In this document: piece by piece, positions 42,197 to 50,463 of the stretch
Layout of the letters: the number at the start of each line of letters is the position of its first letter
Numbering within the stretch: the first letter of the stretch is position 1
Assembly: GCA_902462305.1 (NCBI GenBank)
Contig: CABQBC010000008.1
Span: forward strand, 20,775-84,774
DNA from: an uncultured Flavobacteriales bacterium
GTDB lineage: Bacteria > Bacteroidota > Bacteroidia > Flavobacteriales > UBA1820
DNA length: 64,000 bases
Direction: 5' to 3'
Program-made: the position numbers and the translations under genes
Notes under the pieces: generated by a model
What the model was told of the DNA's origin: nothing
The model's input: the letters and a program-made list of their open reading frames with translations, nothing else
Databases searched by the model: none

Positions 42197-43444
42197 ATGA
42201 TTGAAATAAGAGACATTAATTATGAACGCGCCGTTCTGGTAGGGCTCGTAACGCCGTACCAGGATGAGAAAAAACTCGTCGAATACCTCGACGAACTGGA
42301 ATTCCTGGCACAAACGGCCGGAGCCGTGGTCGAAAAACGCTTTTCCCAAAAACTCGACATGCCCAACCCAAGGACTTTCGTGGGCGCTGGGAAACTCGAA
42401 GAGATAAAGCAATACATCGACGAGCACGGCAGTATAGATGTGGTTATTTTCGACGACGAACTTTCGTCAGGCCAGCTGCGCAATATCGAGCGTGAACTCC
42501 AGATAAAAATACTGGACCGTACGAACCTCATACTCGACATCTTTGCCCGGCGCGCCCAGACGTCCTATGCACGCACGCAGGTAGAACTGGCACAGTACCA
42601 ATACCTTCTGCCCCGCCTTACGCGCATGTGGACACACCTTGAACGCCAAAGGGGAGGTATCGGTCTGCGCGGTCCCGGTGAAACGGAAATAGAAACAGAC
42701 CGCCGTATAGTGCGCGACCGCATATCGCTGCTCAAGGAAAAACTGTCGTCGATAGACAAGCAAATGGCCACGCAGCGCAAAAACCGTGGCAAAACGGTGC
42801 GTGTTGCCCTGGTCGGATATACCAACGTGGGCAAATCAACGCTTATGAATCTGTTGAGCAAATCGGACGTCTTTGCCGAGAACAAACTGTTCGCCACACT
42901 CGATACCACAGTACGAAAGGTGGTGATAGCCAACCTTCCCGTCCTTCTCACGGATACGGTAGGTTTCATACGCAAACTGCCTACACAGCTCATCGAATCG
43001 TTCAAATCGACGCTTGACGAAGTGCGCGAGGCCGATGTGGTGCTTCACGTAGCCGATATTTCCCATCCGAGCTTCGAGGACCACATAGCTTCGGTAAACA
43101 AAATCCTATCGGAGATAGGAGCGTCCGACAAGCCGACGATAATGGTTTTCAACAAAATAGACGCTTACAACTACGTGCCTCGGGAAGAGGGCGACCTGTC
43201 CTCACCTTTGCCGGAGAACATTCCGCTCGAAGAACTGGAACGCACATGGATGGGCCGTACGGGAGAAAACACGGTATTCATATCGGCCAAATCGCGTATC
43301 AACATACCGGAACTCAGGCACAAGATATACGATACCGCCGCGCGGATACACATGGAACGTTTCCCGTACAACGATTTTCTCTTCGAGTATTACGACGAAC
43401 CGGAGGAAGACGAAGCGTCTGGAAACGACGGCAAAACCGAGTAA
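42197..43444 (+). CDS. hflX: GTPase HflX
   Basis: The ORF track starts at 42146, but the ATG at 42197 (MIEIRDINYERAVLVGL) fits the family N-terminus. Motifs are G1 GYTNVGKSTL, DTVGF and NKID. Confidence 0.92.
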   Translation: MIEIRDINYERAVLVGLVTPYQDEKKLVEYLDELEFLAQTAGAVVEKRFSQKLDMPNPRTFVGAGKLEEIKQYIDEHGSIDVVIFDDELSSGQLRNIERELQIKILDRTNLILDIFARRAQTSYARTQVELAQYQYLLPRLTRMWTHLERQRGGIGLRGPGETEIETDRRIVRDRISLLKEKLSSIDKQMATQRKNRGKTVRVALVGYTNVGKSTLMNLLSKSDVFAENKLFATLDTTVRKVVIANLPVLLTDTVGFIRKLPTQLIESFKSTLDEVREADVVLHVADISHPSFEDHIASVNKILSEIGASDKPTIMVFNKIDAYNYVPREEGDLSSPLPENIPLEELERTWMGRTGENTVFISAKSRINIPELRHKIYDTAARIHMERFPYNDFLFEYYDEPEEDEASGNDGKTE

Positions 43445-43452
43445 CGATCCTA

Positions 43453-43659
43453 ATGAGCGGAAAGAAGACATACGGTTTTTCATTTTCATGGAAGCGTGCG
43501 CTGGGCATATCGGGCCTTAGGCAGAAACTAGCCCGAAGGACAGGTGTCCCCACTACTCTTTCTGGTATGGAGCGCAAAACGGGTTCTTTGATCATAAGAA
43601 CTATAACGGATTCTTTCTCCTGGCTGTATCACAGGATTGGTAACAAAACCGGTAAATAA
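43453..43659 (+). CDS. small basic protein, unknown function (68 aa)
   Basis: This in-frame ATG lies inside track ORF 43246-43659, 9 nt after the hflX stop, and reads MSGKKTYGFSFSWKRALGISGLRQKLARRTGVP.... A hairpin plus T-run at 43671-43701 follows immediately. There is no family recognition. Confidence 0.4.
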   Translation: MSGKKTYGFSFSWKRALGISGLRQKLARRTGVPTTLSGMERKTGSLIIRTITDSFSWLYHRIGNKTGK

Positions 43660-43670
43660 ACAAGAATAAA

Positions 43671-43701
43671 CCGGCTACGGCCTGTTCCGTGGCCGGTTTT
43701 T
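43671..43701 (+). terminator. terminator upstream of mnmE (ends the hflX / small-ORF transcript)
   Basis: A 10-bp stem (ccggctacgg / ccgtggccgg, with one G-T wobble) and a 6-nt loop, followed by T5. Confidence 0.7.
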
Positions 43702-43724
43702 AAATATTTAAAACTATAAAAAAC

Positions 43725-45086
43725 ATGAACGAAGACACCATAGCGGCTCTTTCCACCCCGGCAGGGATGGGTGCTATATCCGTCATACGTATCAGCGGGC
43801 CTGAGGCTTTGCAGATAGCCGGCAAGGTATTCGTTTCCCCTTCGGGAAAAAGCCTTTCCGCCGCTGCCACGCACACGGCGCATTTCGGCACTGTCATGGA
43901 CGGTGATTCCGCCATCGACGAGGTCATTGCAACGGTATTTCGAGCTCCAAAATCTTTTACAGGCGAGGATACGGTCGAATTTTCATGCCATGGTTCGGTG
44001 TTCATACAACAGCAGATGCTTCAGCTTCTGGTGCGACGCGGGGCCCGTATGGCTATGGCGGGGGAATTTACAAAAAGGGCTTTCCTGAACGGCCGTATGG
44101 ACCTTTCACAGGCCGAGGCGGTGGCAGACCTTATAGAATCCGAGTCCTACGCTTCGCACGCTACGGCTATGAACCAGATGAGGGGCGGATACTCCGGTAA
44201 AATAGCTTCGCTGAAAAATTCGCTGACTGACTTTGCGGCTCTTTTGGAACTCGAACTCGATTTTTCCGACCAGGATGTCGAATTTGCTGACCGCACCCGC
44301 CTTACCGCCCTGGTACATGAAATAAAAAGCCTTACACGTAGCCTGGCTGATTCTTTTTCCGTGGGCAATGCGATAAAAAACGGCATTCCTGTGTCCATAA
44401 TCGGAGCTCCCAATGTCGGCAAATCTACTTTGCTGAATGCTCTTCTGGGCGAAGAAAAGGCTATCGTGTCGCATATTCCCGGTACTACCCGCGATTCTAT
44501 CGAGGACAGGATAACTATTTCGGGACTTTCGTTCCGTTTTATAGATACTGCCGGGCTGAGGGATACGGACGATTTTGTGGAAAAAATAGGCATCGAACGC
44601 ACTTACAAAAAAATCGACGAGGCTTCGGTTATCATTTATCTGCTCGATGCCGGGCGCGTATCGGCTTCCGATATGGATACTGTGACCGTATTAAAAAAGA
44701 AATACCCGGATAAGCATTTTATCGTAGCTGCAAATAAATCGGATGAATATGGCGGCGATTTTTTCGATTCGTTTTCCGATGTGCTGATGATTTCCGCACT
44801 CACTGGGGATGGTCTTGACGAATTGCGGGAAAAGATCGTCGGTTTTGTCAATATAGGGGATGTTTCCGACCGTATAATAGTGACAAATGCACGCCATTAC
44901 GAGGCACTGGTAAATGCGTGTTCATCTCTTGAAAATGTAGAGGCCGGGCTTTCCAACGGCTTTTCGGCAGATCTTCTGGCTGTAGATGTTAGAGATGCCA
45001 TATCGCACTTGGGAGAGATTACCGGCGATATTTCTTCGGACGATATTCTCGGTGTTATTTTCTCCAGGTTCTGCATCGGTAAGTAA
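43725..45086 (+). CDS. mnmE: tRNA modification GTPase MnmE (TrmE/ThdF)
   Basis: 453 aa. N-terminal DTIAALSTPAGMGAISVIRISG, G1 GAPNVGKSTLLN, DTAGLR, and the C-terminal FCIGK motif are all present. Confidence 0.96.
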   Translation: MNEDTIAALSTPAGMGAISVIRISGPEALQIAGKVFVSPSGKSLSAAATHTAHFGTVMDGDSAIDEVIATVFRAPKSFTGEDTVEFSCHGSVFIQQQMLQLLVRRGARMAMAGEFTKRAFLNGRMDLSQAEAVADLIESESYASHATAMNQMRGGYSGKIASLKNSLTDFAALLELELDFSDQDVEFADRTRLTALVHEIKSLTRSLADSFSVGNAIKNGIPVSIIGAPNVGKSTLLNALLGEEKAIVSHIPGTTRDSIEDRITISGLSFRFIDTAGLRDTDDFVEKIGIERTYKKIDEASVIIYLLDAGRVSASDMDTVTVLKKKYPDKHFIVAANKSDEYGGDFFDSFSDVLMISALTGDGLDELREKIVGFVNIGDVSDRIIVTNARHYEALVNACSSLENVEAGLSNGFSADLLAVDVRDAISHLGEITGDISSDDILGVIFSRFCIGK

Positions 45087-45218
45087 CTTAACTAATTGAC
45101 TTACAATTATTTACTATTTACGTAAATGTAAAACACTGATAAAATAGCACTTAAATAGAGGAAAAATAAGCTATTTTAGGAGTCATATTTTCTCTTGTTT
45201 GCTTATTTTTTCAGCATT

Positions 45219-45268
45219 TTTGTCCCCCGTTTGTTCCCTGAACGGATACAAGGGACAAAATTCTGTCC
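45219..45268. repeat. cluster of four TGTCCC-type heptamers at the island junction
   Basis: The copies are ttgtccc (45219-45225), ttgttccc (45230-45237), gggacaa (45251-45257, inverted) and tgtccc (45263-45268), all within 50 bp and about 130 bp after the mnmE stop. Confidence 0.5.
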
Positions 45269-45953
45269 CTCGTGCAATTTAACGGTGGTAAATAGACAAA
45301 TTTTATCAGCACCACTAAAACTTATCCAAATTACAGATAATATTCGAATAGAACTGAATTGTTTTTTAGCCAAAATAGATTCTGATAATCAAGCGATTGG
45401 TATATTTGAATATAACAGCAGAAATCATCACCAATGAGATTTCATATAATACATTTGATAAATATTCCCAACCATTATTGCGAAGTATTCGAATCATGGC
45501 ATATTGAACATCCTCTTAAGTCTCACAGTAATTTTTATAGGGTGATTTGAAGAATTCACTGAAAAATATTTGGAGTATTGCGAAATTATTCTGTACATCT
45601 GCGCCCCTTTTGAAAATTTACCATGCTGCAAAATAGAATGAACATATTATCCCAAACGACAATTCGAGGCAACAAATGCTTCGGAGTTCGGTCGTATGTT
45701 CTTCATGTTTGGAGCATTGAAACGTCTACAAATTTCATAAATACTTTCCAGCGAACACATATAGGGGATAAGATGCGATAGATGCTCGTATCTTAATCTT
45801 AGAATAAACAACAGAATAGTTGGAGAGTCCTTACCGAACTTTCCAACTATTTTGTTTTATGCCCATTGGTGACTGTTTGCTCCGTGCAATTCCTCTCCCG
45901 TCATTTCCGTCCAATGAGCGCAAGAACAACCAATTTTAATTAACCGCACAGCG

Positions 45954-46559
45954 ATGTGCACAAAAGAGAGCAAAATGAATTACAAATTTGACGGAAGCAA
46001 GGTGTATTTTACATCGGACACGCACTTTTATCATTCGAATATTATTAGCTTTTGCAAGAGGCCATTCAAGAATGTAGAAGATATGAATGAAACACTGATC
46101 GAAAATTGGAACCGGGTAGTTAGTCAAGATGATATCGTATTTCATCTGGGGGATTTTTGCCTGGGAGGATCCCATGAATGGACCAAGATTCTTAACAGAC
46201 TGAATGGGAAAATCTATCTCATTCTCGGTAATCATGATCTAAAAAATATCAGGCAAGGGTACACCTGTAGGTTTGAATTGACAACCATGCAAATGCACAT
46301 AGAGGTCGATAAGCAGAAAATCTACCTGAACCACTGTCCGCTCCTCTGTTATGGAGGTGCTTACGGGAATACGTGGCAACTGTTTGGGCACGTGCATACG
46401 TGCAAATATAACACGGGAAAAGACGCTTCACGACTGGATATGCTCTTTCCAACGCAATATGATGTGGGAGTGGATAATAATGACTTTACTCCGGTCTCAT
46501 TCGCGCAGGTAAAAAGGATAATCCAAAAGCAGATTGAACAATCAAATAAAAAACAGTAA
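45954..46559 (+). CDS. metallophosphoesterase (calcineurin-like, small COG4186-like type)
   Basis: 201 aa (an alternative start is the ATG at 45975). Motifs are FTSDTHFYH, HLGDF, LGNHD and GHVH. Confidence 0.8.
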   Translation: MCTKESKMNYKFDGSKVYFTSDTHFYHSNIISFCKRPFKNVEDMNETLIENWNRVVSQDDIVFHLGDFCLGGSHEWTKILNRLNGKIYLILGNHDLKNIRQGYTCRFELTTMQMHIEVDKQKIYLNHCPLLCYGGAYGNTWQLFGHVHTCKYNTGKDASRLDMLFPTQYDVGVDNNDFTPVSFAQVKRIIQKQIEQSNKKQ

Positions 46560-46560
46560 T

Positions 46561-47283
46561 ATGACAATACAATACATGAGCGATCTGCATTTTGAGTTCC
46601 GGGAGAACAGCAGATACATAAAACATAACGAATTCCCTGTAACGGGCGATATACTCGTATTGGCCGGAGACATTTTCTATCTGAAAGACAGAGTGGCTCC
46701 TTTGGGGAATTTCTGGAAATGGGCTTCTAAAAACTACAGACAGGTTCTTATTGTTCCCGGAAACCACGAGTATTACAATTATTGTGATGTAATGGAACGG
46801 GGATTACAATGGCGATGGATGTTCAAAGAGAATGTCGGTTATTATCAAAATAAAGTTTTGATAATAACCGACACCGATTTCATAATGAGCACACTCGGGT
46901 CGCATATCGAACCTGCAGACGAATATTTCGTTTGGAAAGGACTTAACGATTTCCGTCAGACCATGTATAAAGGGAAACTGCTCCAAACGGAAGCATATAA
47001 TCAGATGCATGACTTCTGTTTAGGTCATATCAAAAAGAGTCTTGCCGAAAGTACGGCAAAACACATAATGGTCGTAACTCACCACCCGCCTACTTTGCAG
47101 GTTGTTGCTCCTCAGCATAAAGGTTCCGTATTGAACATTGCATTTGCCAGTGAATACAGAGACCTGATCGGTAACAGCCGGATCGATGCTTGGATTTACG
47201 GACATTCGCATACCAACATCGACACGGAAATCGGGAGTACAAAAGTGAATTGCAACCAGATGGGATATATATTTAAAAACTAG
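46561..47283 (+). CDS. metallophosphoesterase (calcineurin-like)
   Basis: The track ORF uses a TTG at 46534. The ATG at 46561 lies 2 nt after the upstream stop and gives MTIQYMSDLHFEF. Further motifs are AGDIF, PGNHEYY, VTHHPP and GHSHTN. Confidence 0.82.
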   Translation: MTIQYMSDLHFEFRENSRYIKHNEFPVTGDILVLAGDIFYLKDRVAPLGNFWKWASKNYRQVLIVPGNHEYYNYCDVMERGLQWRWMFKENVGYYQNKVLIITDTDFIMSTLGSHIEPADEYFVWKGLNDFRQTMYKGKLLQTEAYNQMHDFCLGHIKKSLAESTAKHIMVVTHHPPTLQVVAPQHKGSVLNIAFASEYRDLIGNSRIDAWIYGHSHTNIDTEIGSTKVNCNQMGYIFKN

Positions 47284-47341
47284 CATGTAATCAACGGATT
47301 TGATCCAGGGAAATTTTTAACCATTTGACAAGAAAGAACAT

Positions 47342-48684
47342 ATGAAACAAAATAAGAAGACAAACTTTACCAGGCTTTTTTTCATAGACTTGGCAAAGGA
47401 ATACGGTTTGAATGCTACGATATTCAAACAGCTTGGAAGCAGGCGCGATACAGAAATCGTGGTTGATAACGATACATTGGAGATGTTAGTTAAACTTCAA
47501 GAGCAATTTGCTCGGCTGGAAGAGATGGGTGACGATGAATATAGAGGATTTTATATCGAATTGCCCCGCCCTACTCCGGAAGAATGGGGAGATTGCGAAG
47601 CGTCGATTGCAGACGGAGAATATGAGAGCACGGAAGAATACCTCCGGGATTGGGAATTGTCAAATCCCAGGGAAATGGCATGATATCATGTTAGCTCCGC
47701 CAGATACAAGGAAAAGCGTACCATACAATTCACGGACAGGAAACACTCGTATTTTACTATTGCGAATTATTCTCGATATATAAACCGAGTAGGTAACAAT
47801 TTTCCCAATGAATGGCAAAGGGATTTCTTGGCAAAGTTGGCCTTATATTTTCATAAGCTAATCGATGCTATCATACAAGATCCGAAAGGGTTCAATGATT
47901 ATGTGGCGAATCATCTTCCTTACCAGCAGCGAGACGGGAAAATTGCGAGAAAGGAGTTCAACAGAATCGAACCGAGATTTAAAATTGAGATCGAAGACGA
48001 GACGACGGCAATAAAAGCACTGGAGGATTCCGTCTGCAAGAATTTCGGGTGGCCGTTAGATACAATGACGATACGCGTTCGTATTGCAAATATTATCGGA
48101 TCGCTCATGAAGCCTATGGCCGGTATTTTGAAAGGTTTGATACTACACGAAAGAAGCGTACCCTTCCGAATGGAGTGCCATTGGAATTACAGGATGTCGC
48201 ATATTACAACATGGTTAAATTCTGTGATTTGCAGGATAAATACGCTCTCGACAGTGAAACGGATTTCAACAAATTCGCCTCGGACCATTATGGGGAACTG
48301 GGATTGTCGCGGCTGAACATACTCGCATCGGATTTTGACAGACCCGGATGGAGAATCATTGTTTCCAACAGTTACTCGGCGTATGTGGATGTTGCGGTAG
48401 AAGTCGCCACCGCGCTTTACAAGTCCGGCGCTCCTTTGGAAATACACGACGCTGACAAACTTTTGCGAATACTCAACAAGGAGGATCATGTGAAATTGAT
48501 TCCATACACATTCCACGATTACATGGGCCATCATGAAGAAGGAACCGTTTATCAACTTCCATGGGAGTACGAATGTATGGATAGCGAAGAGAATTCTTTA
48601 TCATTGGAACAATACCATGAAATCATCTCTCTGGCAGAATGGGATGAAATAGAAAAAGTAAACATTGACAAAAACGGGATATAA
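47342..48684 (+). pseudogene. disrupted gene of unknown function (one in-frame TGA plus one frameshift)
   Basis: ORFs 47342-47683 and 47828-48316 are in the same frame and separated only by the TGA at 47681-47683. Read-through gives ...NPREMA*YHVSSARYKEK.... The plausible protein then continues in another frame (48049-48684), with the junction near 48060-48080. Confidence 0.6.
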
Positions 48685-48952
48685 TCCCATAATTATTACT
48701 AACATATTTGGTAAATAATAATAGTCTGCCAAATATGTTACAATTAGCTATATAATTAAAAACAAGAGGAATTATTAAGAAGCGTGTGAAAGTATGGAAC
48801 TTGACGCAGATTTTATAGCATTCTGCAAGCAGAGCGTCGCATTGGAACAACGAATGGCGAAACAGGCGGGAAAACGGTTGAATGAAGCAATGCGCAACAA
48901 TATCCAAGATATTAATGTATTGGATCGGATTGCAGACTAGCTACTTGACACT

Positions 48953-49622
48953 ATGTCAGGGCTATCAGGTGCGGGAGAACGGACTTATATGAAATATATC
49001 AAATACTTGGGAACGTTTAACCCTAAAGCTACAAAAGAAACAAAAGATGCCTATGAAGATATCATGGGATATAAGATACATGTAGCATACGCAGCGACAC
49101 GATTGGTCAAAGAATTGCACAAAGGACAGGTAGATCAAGCAGATAAAGATTACTTTGAAGGACATTTATCGTCTGTCGGACGAAACGGTTTCGACTGGAA
49201 AGAAAAAACTGTGGGATTTCTACACGATGCAGCTGAAGATACAGGTCATACCGTAAAAGAGATCATTAGAAAACTGAAAGCGATACTGGATGACTGGGAG
49301 CAGAACAAGGAAAAACATGACTGGATTTATGAATTTGAAGATATCGTAGTATCAAAAATACCACAAATTAACAAAGCAAGAATAGGACGAGATTGAAGAG
49401 GCTCTCAATCTGATGGACTTCCGCACAACTGCCAATCGTGAAACATATATCGAGCGTTTCTGCAGACATCGTTTGGCCATCAAAGTCAAATTGAATGACC
49501 TTCAGCACAATATGAATATTGCCTGCATTCTACACCCGACAGACAAAGACCTTGAAAGTGTTGAGAAATACCAAAAAGAATACAATCTTTTACTAAAAAT
49601 GTTGGAAGAATATAAAACATAA
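48953..49622 (+). pseudogene. RelA/SpoT-type HD hydrolase-like protein, interrupted by a frameshift near 49386-49393
   Basis: The N-terminal ORF has LHKGQVDQADKDYFEGHLSSV...FLHDAAEDTGHTVKEI (the H...HD..ED pattern of the SpoT-like HD domain). The family-typical C-terminus EEALNLM...ETYIERF...AIKVKLNDLQHNMN continues in another frame (49386-49622). Confidence 0.6.
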
Positions 49623-50066
49623 CATTTATAGAAATATAATGTGACCATAAGGAGTTGCTTGACATGCACACATTTAAGAATGAGAAAGCAAGTCTTAGGT
49701 TCAGCGTTCTGATAACCTACATGGATAAACTCAAAAGATTCCTTGATGCAATAGCGAACCTCTTCCCGGAAACTACAGTCATACCGCGCATATCACAACC
49801 AGTTACATAAGGGAACCAAAAACCAAGATATCTTTCTGAAAAAACGCAAATTAAACTGTAACAAAAAAATAATTTTAAGGCATAATTTGATTCTTAGTAA
49901 TAAGGACTTGAATTTTGAACAATTCAGGTCAGATACTTAGAAAGTTATGTACTATGTAATCGCAAGTTACTAACAAACAAACGGGTATGGTTCATATGTG
50001 ATATTTGCCGCTTTCAGCATTGGCGAAAATTGACAAAGAGCCGGAAATAAAAAGGAAGGATTTTTA

Positions 50067-50097
50067 TTATCGCACATCTTTTCATATCTTTATCGCA
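50067..50097 (+). promoter_or_regulatory. direct repeat TTATCGCA x2 upstream of the XRE regulator (candidate operator / C-box)
   Basis: ttatcgca occurs at 50067-50074 and again at 50090-50097 (23-bp spacing), 20-50 nt upstream of the ATG at 50118 and followed by an AT-rich stretch. Confidence 0.35.
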
Positions 50098-50117
50098 AAA
50101 TATAATATATATTTTAT

Positions 50118-50309
50118 ATGAACCGCATAAAAGACGTGCTGACAGAAAAAGGCATCAAACAGACTTGGCTTGCCGAGAAACTCGGCAAGAGTTTCAGCGT
50201 AGTCAATTCCTATGTCTGTAACCGCCGCCAGCCGAGTTTGGAGGTACTGTTTGAGATAGCAAAGATTCTTCAAGTCAACCCGAAAGATTTAATTGAAAGC
50301 AAAGAATAA
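50118..50309 (+). CDS. XRE-family helix-turn-helix regulator (controller-protein-like), heads the type III R-M module
   Basis: 63 aa. IKDVLTEKGIKQTWLAEKLGKSFSVVNSYVCNRRQPSLEVLFEIAKILQV is a canonical HTH_3 pattern. Confidence 0.85.
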   Translation: MNRIKDVLTEKGIKQTWLAEKLGKSFSVVNSYVCNRRQPSLEVLFEIAKILQVNPKDLIESKE

Positions 50310-50315
50310 AATATT

Positions 50316-50459
50316 ATGGCAAAAATGCATTATTGGGTATTCCAGATATGGGAAAAATCTCAAATCGTAGCAAAAAAGAGACTTGCGAAAGGCTATTCAG
50401 CCTTAATAGCCGTCTACGACGAATGTATAACAAAAGCAACGGAACTTTTAAAAGTATAA
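50316..50459 (+). CDS. 47-aa ORF between the regulator and mod, unknown function
   Basis: Below the ORF-track cutoff. ATG at 50316 and TAA at 50457-50459 give MAKMHYWVFQIWEKSQIVAKKRLAKGYSALIAVYDECITKATELLKV. It starts 6 nt after the HTH stop and ends 4 nt before the mod ATG, so it fills the gap exactly. Confidence 0.4.
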   Translation: MAKMHYWVFQIWEKSQIVAKKRLAKGYSALIAVYDECITKATELLKV

Positions 50460-50463
50460 AAAT

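Noticed and set aside
45195-45437. 80-aa ORF immediately after mnmE
   Set aside because: It has a TTG start, no recognisable features, and spans the heptamer repeat cluster. It lies in an AT-rich junction with fragmentary reading frames on both strands, so it is probably non-coding or a gene remnant.
47681-47683. In-frame TGA as evidence for a reassigned genetic code (TGA = Trp) or selenocysteine
   Set aside because: Many clearly complete genes in the window terminate with TGA (for example rlmD, the 57133 methylase and rhuM). Trp is encoded by TGG throughout. No SECIS-like context was evident, and the same gene also carries a frameshift. A nonsense mutation in a decaying gene is the simpler reading.
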